Shown here piece by piece: positions 48,921-59,082 of a stretch of DNA of 64,000 nt; position 1 is the stretch's first letter, and every line of letters starts with the position of its first letter. The notes under the pieces are model-generated. The model ran no database searches, was not told the DNA's origin, and saw only the letters and a program-made list of their open reading frames with translations. Source of the DNA: Synechococcus sp. Lineage in GTDB: Bacteria > Cyanobacteriota > Cyanobacteriia > Thermostichales > PCC-7336. The translations under genes and the position numbers were made by a program. The stretch is taken from assembly GCA_051439605.1 (NCBI GenBank), contig JBFRWN010000027.1, positions 1-64,000 of the forward strand, read 5' to 3'.

Positions 48921-49376
48921 TCATCGTTCCTTAACCAAAATCATTCCCATGCTGTCGGGATCGACATCTTCATCAAATACGGTGTCTTCGCTGTACAACG
49001 CCCCTTCGGTCACGGCCCCATTCCAATTCACATCTAAAAGAACCGCGTTAATTAAATTAGCAGAGCGTAAATTGGCATAGCTGAGATTCGCCCCGACCAA
49101 TTTGGCCCCCAGAAAATTGGTGTTTTGCAGGTTGGCTCCACCCAAATTGGCTAAGTGCAGCGCTGCTAGTGATAAATTTGCCTCGGACAGGTTCGCTTCC
49201 TCCAGCTGGGCCCCCATCAAAGTTTCCTTCACCAAAACAGCCCCCTGCAAATCACATTGGTGGCAATAACCACCAGACTGCAGCTTTTTGATGTCCTGAT
49301 ACTCTACGGCAGTTGCAGCAGACAGTCCGCACGATAGCAAGATTGCTGCTAACGTTACACTGCGGCTCATTTTCAT
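48921..49376 (-). CDS. Exported pentapeptide repeat protein
   Basis: Signal peptide, CxxCDL cap, ANLxx repeats. Confidence 0.88.
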   Translation of the reverse strand: MKMSRSVTLAAILLSCGLSAATAVEYQDIKKLQSGGYCHQCDLQGAVLVKETLMGAQLEEANLSEANLSLAALHLANLGGANLQNTNFLGAKLVGANLSYANLRSANLINAVLLDVNWNGAVTEGALYSEDTVFDEDVDPDSMGMILVKER

Positions 49377-49641
49377 GGCAGCTCCTCACAATTTGAGCGT
49401 GGCCTTGATGGCTATTATTACCGCATTCACGATAGATAGGGAGCGACTCGGAGGTAGGGGCTTGACTGGCGAGGTTCAAGACTCACTTAATCAAGGGCTG
49501 TCGTTGCTTCAAATGAACCCCACCAGCGCACATTTGTCGTGCAGCCGTTTTAGAAGTCAGATCCGCAAAAAATGTTTGCTGCGAGGATGAGTCCACAACG
49601 CGATACCATGAGAAATGGACTGTTTTTGATGGGAGACGATC

Positions 49642-49941
49642 TTGACGGAGTTTGCGCTGAAGGCGGTATGGCTGGACGATAACTTGGCGATCGCTGTGGA
49701 TCAAATTGTTGGACAAGGCCGTAGCCCTCTGACAAAGTACTATTTTTGGCCTCGCGATAACGCGTGGGAATTGATTAAGACCGAACTAGAGAGCAAAAGT
49801 TGGATTACTGATGTTCAACGGGTTGAACTCCTCAACAAAGCGACTGAGGTGATCAACTACTGGCAAGAAGATGGACGCAAAAAGCCAATGGACAAGGCGG
49901 CTGAGAAATTCCCCGAAGTCTTGTTTGCTGGCAATTCCTAA
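49642..49941 (+). CDS. ycf65: 30S ribosomal protein PSRP-3/Ycf65
   Basis: [15 protein letters not shown]....GRSPLT.YYFWPR.NAWE..K.ELESK.WI. Confidence 0.93.
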   Translation: MTEFALKAVWLDDNLAIAVDQIVGQGRSPLTKYYFWPRDNAWELIKTELESKSWITDVQRVELLNKATEVINYWQEDGRKKPMDKAAEKFPEVLFAGNS

Positions 49942-50340
49942 GCTTCAGGCTTACTTTACTTCGAGAGAGGAGACGTTCTGGACTCTCTCTCACTGACTGT
50001 TACGGCGAACGTTATTTCAACTGACTGAGGTCACTCGTGGGGCAGCACTTGCGGATCCTTAGTTTTGTCACTCTCTCGATCTATTTGAATGGGGCCGATC
50101 GCAGCTCTGGATGGGAGTCGGGTCAAGCGTTTTTGGCAGCTAGCATGCTGAGCTTGCTATGTTGGCAAAAGATATCGGCAAGACCGTTGTTGGACCCCAT
50201 GGAATTCTCAAGGAGTTTAGCTCGAGTGTTCGAATGCCATATCTGCCGGGTTGTTGGGGACTGACAGCTATATTGATTCTCTGGCAGTGCATCCTCAATT
50301 TGGGATTTTTTCAAAGCTCTCAAAGGCACTGGCGAGTATT

Positions 50341-51189
50341 ATGTCTACACCGCCAATTCAATGGTATCCCGGTCACATTGCCAGGGCACAGCGGCAGCTG
50401 AAGCAGCAACTTCAGAAGGTCGATGTCATCTTGGAAGTGATCGATGCGCGCATACCCTTAGCTAGCCGCAATTCAGACCTACACCAATGGGCTAAGGATA
50501 AACCACGTGTCGTGGTGCTAAATAAGGCTGATTGTGTCGCCGACCGTCACCTGCAAGCGTGGCAATCTTGGTTCCTCGAGCAGGGAGATCGCATTTGGCC
50601 AACGAATGCACGAGCAGGAAAAGGGATTTCTGAACTTAAGCAGGCTGCTCAGCAGGCAGGCAATGCCACCAACGAGCGACGGCGCAAGCGAGGGATGAAA
50701 CCACGTCCCATTCGTGCAGTGGTCATTGGGTTCCCCAATGTGGGTAAATCGGCCCTACTGAATCGATTAATGGGGCAAAGGGTGGTGGAAAGTGCCCGCA
50801 AGCCAGGTGTGACTCGCCAACTGCGTTGGGTACGACTGGGGAAAGAACTCGATATTTTAGATGCTCCTGGGATTCTACCCCCCAAGCTTGATGATGCCGA
50901 TGCTGCAGTCAAGTTAGCCATCTGTGATGACATTGGTCAAGCCGGTTACGTCAAGGAGCACGTAGCAGCCGCGTTTTTAGAGCTCGTGTCTCATAGCGAT
51001 CGCCGCATACAGTCAGTCTTGTGCGATCGCTACGGCTTTGAAACGTTGGAGGCCCCTGGTAGCATTTTGGTGCGGCAACTTGCAGACCGCATCCATGCTG
51101 GCAATACTGAACGGGCTGCTCAGCAGATTCTGACAGATTTTCGGAAGGGCATATTGGGAGCCTTTGCTTTAGAATTCCCCCCTAATTAA
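50341..51189 (+). CDS. rbgA: Ribosome biogenesis GTPase YlqF/RbgA
   Basis: IQWYPGH, DARIP, LNKAD, GFPNVGKS, PGVT, LDAPGI. Confidence 0.95.
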   Translation: MSTPPIQWYPGHIARAQRQLKQQLQKVDVILEVIDARIPLASRNSDLHQWAKDKPRVVVLNKADCVADRHLQAWQSWFLEQGDRIWPTNARAGKGISELKQAAQQAGNATNERRRKRGMKPRPIRAVVIGFPNVGKSALLNRLMGQRVVESARKPGVTRQLRWVRLGKELDILDAPGILPPKLDDADAAVKLAICDDIGQAGYVKEHVAAAFLELVSHSDRRIQSVLCDRYGFETLEAPGSILVRQLADRIHAGNTERAAQQILTDFRKGILGAFALEFPPN

Positions 51190-51580
51190 GAGCCGGGTGG
51201 AGGGGAGAGTGGATTGTTTCCTAGCGATTGCGCAGCTTGTGGAACCTGGCAAGTCGGTAAGATGAAACACATTGCTGCAATAGTTCGGCGGCTGCGCTGT
51301 TCCTAGCCCGAAACATCCAAGCTTTGACATAGCTTGGCCGGCGATCGCTAGTTAGACTAGGTGGGTAAATCAGGGTATTGGGCGAGGTACTAGACATTTC
51401 GACTGAATCTCCTGAAGTGAGAGCAACGATCGACCCCCATCTACATATGATTAGGTACCTCTCCGGTGGAGGTATGCAGTTGCAGTGGCTGCATCACCTG
51501 TAACAATGGTTCGAAAGTGCAAAGTCGACCATGCCTGACAATTCCACTGTCCTGGGATTCAATCTGGTTAGTCGTGCCAT

Positions 51581-52144
51581 TTGCCAATGGTGGCTAGCTC
51601 TTTACCAACTTGGGAGAACATTGTTGTGAACGCTCGTCCCCACCTCCGTTCCAGACACCCTAACAATCGACGGATCGCTCTTCGGGCAGTTCCCGCATTC
51701 GAGGAGGGTGGAGCGCAAAGTCGCTGCGGATCGCGCACCCCATCTCGTAGCTCGGAAGATCGGCAGATTTCTTTGACGCAGCGGGAGCAGGTATTACTGC
51801 AGCAGCGTCAGCGATCCATTCAGATGCGTCAACAGCACCGCGTGAAGGCGCGTCGCCAGGTCCAGTTATGGGAGACAGGGGTTTCGGCTGTATTAGTGCT
51901 TGTGTGGGCTAGTGCAGCGATCGCAGGCATGGTGAAATTATTGCCGGTGCAGCATCAGAGACGTCAGAATCTAGCAATTCTTGCGCGAGAGATGGAACAG
52001 TTAGAGACCAGAGTGGCAAGGGCACGTCGGAAAGTGGAGTGGGGGCTAGATCCCATTCGATCGGAAACCGCTATTCGGAAAAGTTTGGAATATATGCCCC
52101 AAAATCAGCTGAGGATAGTATTTTCAGATCAAGATATTCAGTAG
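51581..52144 (+). CDS. Bitopic TM + coiled-coil protein, possibly a cyanobacterial FtsL/DivIC-like cell division protein
   Basis: Basic N-terminus, single TM, coiled coil, then DP.......R.......NQ.RIVF tail. Confidence 0.6.
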   Translation: MPMVASSLPTWENIVVNARPHLRSRHPNNRRIALRAVPAFEEGGAQSRCGSRTPSRSSEDRQISLTQREQVLLQQRQRSIQMRQQHRVKARRQVQLWETGVSAVLVLVWASAAIAGMVKLLPVQHQRRQNLAILAREMEQLETRVARARRKVEWGLDPIRSETAIRKSLEYMPQNQLRIVFSDQDIQ

Positions 52145-52215
52145 GAGACAAGACCTATACCCTGGGGTTGTTATGAAGGCTGGCACGAGTAGGGATTGAA
52201 CCAGAGCGAGCCAAT

Positions 52216-53196
52216 TTATTTCGTGGATCTGGAGGATATTGTCACTGTTTGGTTGCTTGCTGCAGCCTGTTCTGCAGCAAGAGCAACTTCAAGGGAATGC
52301 AAGCTGTCTTCGGGAGAAGTGTCGAGGGGGATCCCGTCCAATAGATGCTGGGTAACTGCCCGAGTGTCCCTGTAGAACAGGCCTCTACGGCTACCCACTT
52401 CTACAGTGTGGGTACCATCGGCGCGAATAACCACGTTCTGTTCTCCCCCCAATTGGATGGAGCCTTTACTGCCATGGACTTCGATGGTGCGCCGCGATCT
52501 CCACAACAACTCCCCTTTGGCGTAGGTTAAGTCAGCAACTATACCGCTAGTAAAAGAGAGCTGGGCGCTGCATAAGCAACTGGTGAAGGTCTCTGGCAGG
52601 CGATCTCCGCGGTAGCGCAGCTGACAGGAGATTCGATCCACAGTACCGAATAGATTGACCAACCGATGGATGCGCGACACTGCACCAACGAGGGGGAAGC
52701 CAAACAAGGTCGGACTGTAGCTCCACCGGTCAGGAGCTGGCTGGGCGGCGGCAATGGTGGTGTACTGCACGTAGAAAATATGTCCTAACGCGGGGATCTC
52801 TGACTGTAGCGTTAGGTGGATGCCGCTTAACAGTTCCACGTGTTCCACATGGAGCAGCAGATCTTTCTGTTTGGCCAATGTCATTAATGCTTTGGCTTGA
52901 GAGAGATCGAACGAGATTGGATATTCCACCACTGCGTGCTTCCCTGCCTCCAGCACCTTTTGTGTCACAGCAGCGTGCTCGCAGTTGACTGTACTGACAA
53001 ACACCAAGTCTACATCCGCATCAGACAGTAAGTCCTCCACCGACGGGAAAGCTTTGGCCCCAAAGTCACGGGCAAAATCCTGTGTTCGACTGGGAGTACG
53101 TCCTGTTATGCCAACCAGTTGGCAGCGTTCTTCCTGCGCGAGAGTTTCAGCCCGGAGGCGAGCCGCAAATCCCGTACCAACAATCCCAACTCGCAC
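52216..53196 (-). CDS. bvdR: Biliverdin reductase (Gfo/Idh/MocA family)
   Basis: VGIVGTGFAA..RA, HAVVEYP, LHVEHVELLSG.H, FGFP..GAVSRIHRL. Confidence 0.8.
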   Translation of the reverse strand: MRVGIVGTGFAARLRAETLAQEERCQLVGITGRTPSRTQDFARDFGAKAFPSVEDLLSDADVDLVFVSTVNCEHAAVTQKVLEAGKHAVVEYPISFDLSQAKALMTLAKQKDLLLHVEHVELLSGIHLTLQSEIPALGHIFYVQYTTIAAAQPAPDRWSYSPTLFGFPLVGAVSRIHRLVNLFGTVDRISCQLRYRGDRLPETFTSCLCSAQLSFTSGIVADLTYAKGELLWRSRRTIEVHGSKGSIQLGGEQNVVIRADGTHTVEVGSRRGLFYRDTRAVTQHLLDGIPLDTSPEDSLHSLEVALAAEQAAASNQTVTISSRSTK

Positions 53197-53344
53197 AATC
53201 TATTTTTTTCGTGTGTCTAGCAACCGATATCAGCATCCCATAATTATTGGTAAGCAAACCATGTACTGTCGAACTTTCAGGGTGAAAAAAACAGACTCCT
53301 GATTATCCTTTACGATGTGCCCGCTCAGTAGCAGCTCTTGGGCG

Positions 53345-54505
53345 TCAAGCAAGGGCCTGTTTAATCGCTCCCACTATGCGGGAGATTTCCTCTAGTTTGA
53401 GTTCTGGGTAAATGGGTAGGCTTAACACCTCTTGGCTGAGGCGATCGCTAACCTCCAGTGGGGCATATTGCCCTGCATACACCGGCAATCGGTCTTGGGG
53501 CACGGGATAGTACACCATGCTCGAGATGCCTTGCTGCTGCAGGGATTCTCTGACACAATCACGTTTTCCATCCAAAATGCGCAGCGTGTACTGGTGGAAA
53601 ACATGCCCCGCATAACTCTTGGGGGCGATCGCGCTATCCACAGCAGCTAGCCCATCCGAATAGGTCTGGGCAATCCTGCGCCGTTGCTGATTCCAGCCAT
53701 CCAGGTACTTTAATTTCACCCGCAAAATAGCCGCCTGAAGGCTATCGAGGCGAGAATTATATCCTAGGACTTCGTTACAATAGCGCTTGGCGCTGCCGTG
53801 CACCCGCAATTTTCGCGCCATTGCAGCCACACCATCGTCGTTTGTAGAGATCAGACCACCGTCACCGTAGGCTCCTAAATTTTTGGTGGGAAAAAATGAA
53901 AATGCCCCTACATCTCCAATGGAGCCAGTCAGTTTGCCCGTGATTTCCTGACGAATACGGTCTTGGCAGCGATGGTTGCAGCCACCACAGTCTCCTGAAT
54001 ATGGGGCTCCGAAAGACTGGGCGCAGTCTTCGATGACTTTGAGGCCGTAGATATGCGCAATGTCTAGGATCTTCGCCATTGCCGCTGGATTGCCGTAAAG
54101 ATGAACGGGCATGATGGCCTTGGTTTTGGGAGTAATCAGCGGCGCGATCTTGTCTGGATCGAGGTTAAAGGTCTCGGGCTCAATATCGACAAAGATAGGC
54201 TTGGCCCCAATAATGCTGATGGACTCAGCGGTGGCGAAAAAACTAAAGGGGGTGGTGATGACTTCATCACCGGGGCCAATGCCTAGCGATCGCAGGCCAA
54301 TGATGAGAGCATCCGTACCGGAGTTGACTCCAATGGCATGTTTAACCCCCAAATACGCGGCGGCTTCCTGTTCGAATCGCTGTACCTCTGGCCCCAGTAT
54401 GAACTGGCCGGACTCTAGCACGCTATTCACAGCCGCCTGAATCTCCGCCTTCAGAGTTTGGTACTGCTCGGTCAGATCCAGGATGGGAATATTTAAGTCG
54501 CTCAC
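53345..54505 (-). CDS. DegT/DnrJ/EryC1/StrS family PLP-dependent sugar aminotransferase
   Basis: NSGTDAL, PVHLYG, EDCAQSFG, FSFFPTKNLGAYGDGG, GYNSRLD. Confidence 0.95.
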   Translation of the reverse strand: MSDLNIPILDLTEQYQTLKAEIQAAVNSVLESGQFILGPEVQRFEQEAAAYLGVKHAIGVNSGTDALIIGLRSLGIGPGDEVITTPFSFFATAESISIIGAKPIFVDIEPETFNLDPDKIAPLITPKTKAIMPVHLYGNPAAMAKILDIAHIYGLKVIEDCAQSFGAPYSGDCGGCNHRCQDRIRQEITGKLTGSIGDVGAFSFFPTKNLGAYGDGGLISTNDDGVAAMARKLRVHGSAKRYCNEVLGYNSRLDSLQAAILRVKLKYLDGWNQQRRRIAQTYSDGLAAVDSAIAPKSYAGHVFHQYTLRILDGKRDCVRESLQQQGISSMVYYPVPQDRLPVYAGQYAPLEVSDRLSQEVLSLPIYPELKLEEISRIVGAIKQALA

Positions 54506-54536
54506 TGTTCGCCCTCGTCGCCCTAGCCTAGAAGTT

Positions 54537-54569
54537 GATATCTAGAGATAGTCGATATCTAGAGATAGT
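54537..54569. repeat. 17-bp-period tandem duplication upstream of the DegT gene
   Basis: GATATCTAGAGATAGT at 54537-54552 and 54554-54569. Confidence 0.85.
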
Positions 54570-54727
54570 TAATACCAGACACCATCTCACAAGAAGGGGA
54601 ACTGCAAGCGATTGATATCCAGAACTTGAGCTGCCTAGGGTTTAAGAAGTCAAAAAGTTGACATTTCTCGCTTGTGGATTCACCAGGCACGAGGGACATT
54701 AAGGGACGTTCCCCTCTCCCTACCTGT

Positions 54728-55309
54728 TTAGGCACTGGTGACCTCTTCCAGTTTGGCCACAATCGCAATTTGGGCCATGTTGGGTTCGGGCTGGGTGAGT
54801 TCTACATCCACATCGCGGCCGAAGAAGGTCTTCATTTTCTTGTCGTAACTTTCCTCCCACCGTTCAAACGGTAGGCGGGAGGTGTCGAATTTCAGAACCA
54901 GCGTGTAGCGTCCGTCCCGCAACTCTTCTCCATATCCCTTGATTCGAGGTAATTCGGCATCGGTGCGACCCTTGAGCTTTAAAGCCTCCAGAGCGGTATC
55001 AAGATGAGCATCTGCGCCGTAGTTGTACTTGGTGATGTCCGTCACGATTTGCTGCTGAATTTCGGTGGACTGTTCCTCCCGCGCCTTTTCAACCTCGGGG
55101 GTGACTTCGTACATAGGTGGAACAGGCTTTAACTCCACCACCTTCATAACCAATCCCCCCAGCAGCAACGGAATGCCAGCCGAGTAGCCAATTAAGTTAA
55201 TGGTGGGGTTGTTGTATTCAATCAGCCCCCAAATCAAGACCAGGGCGCCACCAATCAGGGGCAGAGTGCTGAGAGTAACAGGCAAGCGAGAAAACATGGG
55301 CAGTAGCAA
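54728..55309 (-). CDS. DUF2854 family membrane protein
   Basis: GIPLLLGGL..K..ELKPVP, Q.QI..DIT.Y.YG..AHLD.AL..L, K...FFG..V. Confidence 0.85.
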   Translation of the reverse strand: MLLPMFSRLPVTLSTLPLIGGALVLIWGLIEYNNPTINLIGYSAGIPLLLGGLVMKVVELKPVPPMYEVTPEVEKAREEQSTEIQQQIVTDITKYNYGADAHLDTALEALKLKGRTDAELPRIKGYGEELRDGRYTLVLKFDTSRLPFERWEESYDKKMKTFFGRDVDVELTQPEPNMAQIAIVAKLEEVTSA

Positions 55310-55469
55310 CCTAGGGTTTGTAACGGGGAAGACCCCATTTGTTTCTTACAGCGACGGTCAAGTCACTGAGGCCATCTCAGATCTCCAGACCCTGACTTGG
55401 CATAGATCTTGTTGTCCCAACTCAGATAGCGATATCTACAATTGTAAAGGATTGTGAATGGTTGCCCAT

Positions 55470-55497
55470 AAAAATCGCGGCAGGGTTGCTGCCGCGA
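55470..55497 (-). terminator. Intrinsic terminator
   Basis: Minus strand TCGCGGCAG-CAACC-CTGCCGCGA-TTTTT, perfect 9-bp stem. Confidence 0.8.
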
Positions 55498-55685
55498 AAG
55501 ATGTCGGAATCAAACTTAAACCAGGGTCGAGCTAACTATCGCGTCTCGGTCGAGACATAGGTTGAAGGAACTTCAATTCCGGGATACTTAGCCCCTTAAC
55601 AGCTTGAAAAGGGTAAACCAAAACAATAAAGGTCGAAAAAAGAAATTGAAAAAAATTGGCTGAAAAAATCGAGGTAGAAGCAGCC

Positions 55686-55895
55686 TTAGAGCCACTGACG
55701 GGAAGCAAACTTCTCAGAGGCAGCTTGAGCTTCTTGCAGCATCTCAAGACGACTGTTGTTCACCGCATCGGAGTTCATACCAGGAACGAGGTTGCGAGAC
55801 TGGAGAGCCATATGCAACTGCATGTCAGCCACATAATCCAGCACGGTTCCAGATTGAGACTCGGCTGCAGAGACGTAGGAGGAAGATGCTAACAA
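55686..55895 (-). CDS. Small cyanobacterial hypothetical protein
   Basis: TTG start after AGGGGT; core YVADMQLHMALQSRNLVP...SR..ML..AQA..EKFASR. Confidence 0.65.
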   Translation of the reverse strand: MLASSSYVSAAESQSGTVLDYVADMQLHMALQSRNLVPGMNSDAVNNSRLEMLQEAQAASEKFASRQWL

Positions 55896-56140
55896 TGTCA
55901 GACCCCTAAATGCTGAATTTATATTTCTTGCAACAGGAATCAAGCTACCATAAGCCCCAAGAATTTCTGAACTTTGCAAATGGATTGATACATTCCTTCA
56001 AGTAAGGCGCAATGCAATATCGTTCGAAGCGGTTGAGTCTGTTTCAATATCCTGTCAGGATTGGCAGCTCGATAGTAGAACGATGTCTGCTTGGGGGAGC
56101 ATGTGCTAGGTTGGGATGCTCAAAACTTCCCCCTAGACCC

Positions 56141-56689
56141 ATGTCGACTCCTCTGACCCCTACCCCCTTGGCAGAGCTGGCTTTTCTTCCGTTTATAGAC
56201 GAGCAGGGCTTACTTCCCCAGCACCTCTCAGGCACGGTTGGAGTTTACGCCATCTTCGATACAGAACAGCAGTTGCAATACATTGGCTATTCCCGCGATG
56301 TTTTTGCCAGTCTACGGTTGCATCTGGTGCGCCAACCTCATCAGTGTTACTGGCTAAAGGTGCAGGAGATCGCTCGCCCTAGCCGAACTGCGTTAGAGGG
56401 CATCCGCAGCGCTTGGGTGGAGGAGAATGGAGCGATCCCCCCAGGGAATGTGGAATCATCCTCTGTTTGGGATTCGCCCATTGATGTCAAATTGCAGATG
56501 ACCGAGGCCGAACGGACAGAAGTAGAGTCTCCTGAGTTGGACGAGCGATCGCGAATCAAGGCCCTAAAACAAGTGGCTCGGCGTGTGGAGGCTGAAATTT
56601 TGGCCGTCTTAGCAGAGCGGCAGGTGAAAGAATCGCTCCGCTTTCATCCCAAACTCAAGGAGCGTGGGTTGTTGGACCTGAAGGGATAG
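56141..56689 (+). CDS. GIY-YIG domain protein (cyanobacterial/plant GRXS16-N type)
   Basis: GVYAIFD....LQYIGYSRD...SL..H..RQP, W..ENG..PPGN. Confidence 0.85.
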   Translation: MSTPLTPTPLAELAFLPFIDEQGLLPQHLSGTVGVYAIFDTEQQLQYIGYSRDVFASLRLHLVRQPHQCYWLKVQEIARPSRTALEGIRSAWVEENGAIPPGNVESSSVWDSPIDVKLQMTEAERTEVESPELDERSRIKALKQVARRVEAEILAVLAERQVKESLRFHPKLKERGLLDLKG

Positions 56690-56749
56690 CGTGGCCCAAA
56701 AACTATCCGGTTGTCAGCCAGAAACCGCTTAAAAGCAACAGAGATGATG

Positions 56750-56777
56750 AAAGCCCCCGAAAAAGAACGGGGGCTTT
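56750..56777. terminator. Bidirectional terminator between convergent GIY-YIG and secG genes
   Basis: AAAGCCCCCG-8 nt-CGGGGGCTTT perfect 10-bp inverted repeat. Confidence 0.75.
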
Positions 56778-56837
56778 ATTGTGAAGAATTGCTTTGTCAG
56801 CGATGCTTTTGAATGTGTCAGAAAAGTCAGAGTCAAC

Positions 56838-57098
56838 TCAGCTGAACAGGTTTTCTAGACCCAGTTGAGCCGTGGCACCGAACAGACCTTTGGTGAGGAC
56901 AATGCTAACCAAGAGAAAAACCGTCAATACAATCCAGGTAATGCGGTTCAGGTTTTTCTCGGCACTTTTGGTGCTAGAAAACAGCTGAGCTTGCCCCCCA
57001 ATAGCGGCAATTCCGTCCCCTTTGGGGCTGTGCAAGAGCACCAGAATAATCAGCAGAATTGCCGAAATCGTCCACAAGAATTCTAGAAAGGCAACCAT
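56838..57098 (-). CDS. secG: Preprotein translocase subunit SecG
   Basis: LVLLHSPKGDG...IGGQAQLFSS.KSAEK.LNR.TW. Confidence 0.95.
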   Translation of the reverse strand: MVAFLEFLWTISAILLIILVLLHSPKGDGIAAIGGQAQLFSSTKSAEKNLNRITWIVLTVFLLVSIVLTKGLFGATAQLGLENLFS

Positions 57099-57194
57099 AG
57101 GATTGAAACAGGAGACAACAGTAATTCGGTCTTAGAACTAGGGTAGCTTGCCTGTGGGCCAGGTCAAACGAGGATTGGGGAATACAAGGCAGAC

Positions 57195-57950
57195 TTACTC
57201 GACCGGCGTCGCGGTGCTTTCGTCGGAACTATTTGCAGGGGGGTCTGTAGGGCTGGCTGCAGGGGCAGGGGTAGCTGCGGCTTTTTCTTGACTGCGCTTA
57301 GCGGCTTCTGCTAAGTCCTTCATGACTGCAAGGGCCTGTTTCAACTTCTCGATGTTGGAGCTGTACAGATTGAGGTCTTTATCGACGCGCTCTTTGGGGA
57401 AGTTGAGGGTGTCGCTGATTTCAGAGAACAGCTTGGTTTTTCGCTCTTTGTCGGCATTCTCGGGGGCTACCATCTCGAAGGCGATGTATAAGCCCAGCAG
57501 GAACGTACGGCTGTAGTGGAAATCGGTGTTGTCGCGAATATTGCTCAGAATGCCTTTGATGCCACCGATGTCTTCCGCCGACTCGTCCAGCTGCAGCACT
57601 TCAAGAGCGCGATCGCGATCGGCGCCAGTCAAGATCTCCGTCAATTTATCGGCATCTTGACGAATGATTTCAGGCTTGAACTGTAGGGACTGACAGACCG
57701 CATTGAAGATGGCCTCAGACTGGTCAGCAGGGGTGTACCCTTGCATGAATTGCCCGTAGACCTTGGCCATCCCCATCGCAAAGAAGGGATCGTAAGTGAA
57801 CTTGCTGTTCACCGTCACCAAATGAAGTTCGGTCAGAAACTCTTCTACAAACCGGCGGTAGACCGAGTTGATGGGGCGCTGGTAAGCCTGCTGAAAAGCG
57901 GCTTTGGTGGAGGCTACGGTGCGGACTGGATTCACGAGCAGTTCGTTCAA
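57195..57950 (-). CDS. psb29: Photosystem II biogenesis protein Psb29/Thf1
   Basis: RTVA.TK.AF...Y.RPINSVYRR.VEE.L.ELHL, FHYSR.F.LGL, KDL.LY.SN.EK..QA. Confidence 0.95.
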   Translation of the reverse strand: MNELLVNPVRTVASTKAAFQQAYQRPINSVYRRFVEEFLTELHLVTVNSKFTYDPFFAMGMAKVYGQFMQGYTPADQSEAIFNAVCQSLQFKPEIIRQDADKLTEILTGADRDRALEVLQLDESAEDIGGIKGILSNIRDNTDFHYSRTFLLGLYIAFEMVAPENADKERKTKLFSEISDTLNFPKERVDKDLNLYSSNIEKLKQALAVMKDLAEAAKRSQEKAAATPAPAASPTDPPANSSDESTATPVE

Positions 57951-58083
57951 ATGGGGGGATAGATTTTAGTATTCTCGCTTGCCGAAGGTCAGTACAGCAA
58001 GGGTAGTGTCTGTCTACGATGATTTCTGCGTACTGTTCGAGATGAGCAAATTCGAGTCTAGCCAGTAGCTCTATGGCATGCCG

Positions 58084-59010
58084 CTAGGATTGCACGAGGA
58101 TTTGTTTTAGGGCTGCCTTTAAATCAGGGTACTTAAACTGGTAGCCCTGATCGAGAGTCCGCTTCGGTAAGACCCGTTGACCGGTTAAGACGACCTGAGC
58201 GGCCTCTCCCAAGATAATTTCTAGGGCAATGGGGGGGACAGGCAGCCAGGATGGGCGGGCCAAGACTTTGCCGAGGGTATCGCTGAACGTGGTCATGGTG
58301 ACGGGTTCGGGGGCGGTGCCGTTGAGTACACCCGAGACGGAGGGAGTGGTCAGGGCGTAGACAATTAAACCGGCTAGGTCATCCCGATGAACCCAAGACA
58401 GCCATTGCTTGCCGCTCCCGATGGGGCCACCCACAAACATCTGGAATGGCCCCAGCATTTTCCCTAAAGCACCGCCATCTGGGCCAAGCACAATCCCGAT
58501 CCGCACTTGCACCAGGCGGACGCCTAAGTCTGTCAGGGGGCGTGCAGCCGCCTCCCACTCTTTGCAGACTCCGCCCAAAAAGTCATCGGCAGGAGGGGCA
58601 GATTCGTCCAGCGGTTCGTCACCGTGGGGGCCGTAGTAGCCAACCGCCGAAGCGCTGACGACGACTTCGGGCTTGACCTCCATCTGCTCGATCGCCTTCA
58701 CCATGCTGGAGGTAGTGCGGGTGCGGCTCGTTAAAATCAGGTCCTTCTGACTGGCGCTCCAGCGGCTTTCGGTTAAGGGCTCGCCGGCCAAGTTGACAAC
58801 CCCTTGGCAGCCCGCCAGTGCGCTGACCCAGCTATCGGCTTCAAAGGGATCGTAGGCGGCCAGCTCGAGGTTCGATCCCGCCTGCATCGGAGCTTTTGCG
58901 GGATTGCGGGTCAGTATTTTGACGGTATGTCCGGCTTCCAGGAGCAGTTCTGCCAGCCGCCGACCGACAAATCCCGTTCCCCCTGAGATCGCAATCTTCA
59001 TAAACCCCAA
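58084..59010 (-). CDS. TIGR01777 family NAD-dependent epimerase/oxidoreductase (YfcH/ThyD-like)
   Basis: GGTGFVG, VNLAGEP....RW, SASAVGYYG, RIGIVLG..GGAL, GGPIGSGKQW.SWVH. Confidence 0.92.
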   Translation of the reverse strand: MGFMKIAISGGTGFVGRRLAELLLEAGHTVKILTRNPAKAPMQAGSNLELAAYDPFEADSWVSALAGCQGVVNLAGEPLTESRWSASQKDLILTSRTRTTSSMVKAIEQMEVKPEVVVSASAVGYYGPHGDEPLDESAPPADDFLGGVCKEWEAAARPLTDLGVRLVQVRIGIVLGPDGGALGKMLGPFQMFVGGPIGSGKQWLSWVHRDDLAGLIVYALTTPSVSGVLNGTAPEPVTMTTFSDTLGKVLARPSWLPVPPIALEIILGEAAQVVLTGQRVLPKRTLDQGYQFKYPDLKAALKQILVQS

Positions 59011-59082
59011 AGCCAGACGTGTTTCCCACAGCCTAGCCTAAGGTGTGCTCCAGCCCAATCTATTGACAGTTAGGGAACCAAC

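Noticed and set aside
51190..51580. Possible sRNA in the 390-bp rbgA-downstream spacer
   Set aside because: Only short 6-bp stems and no terminator; insufficient evidence
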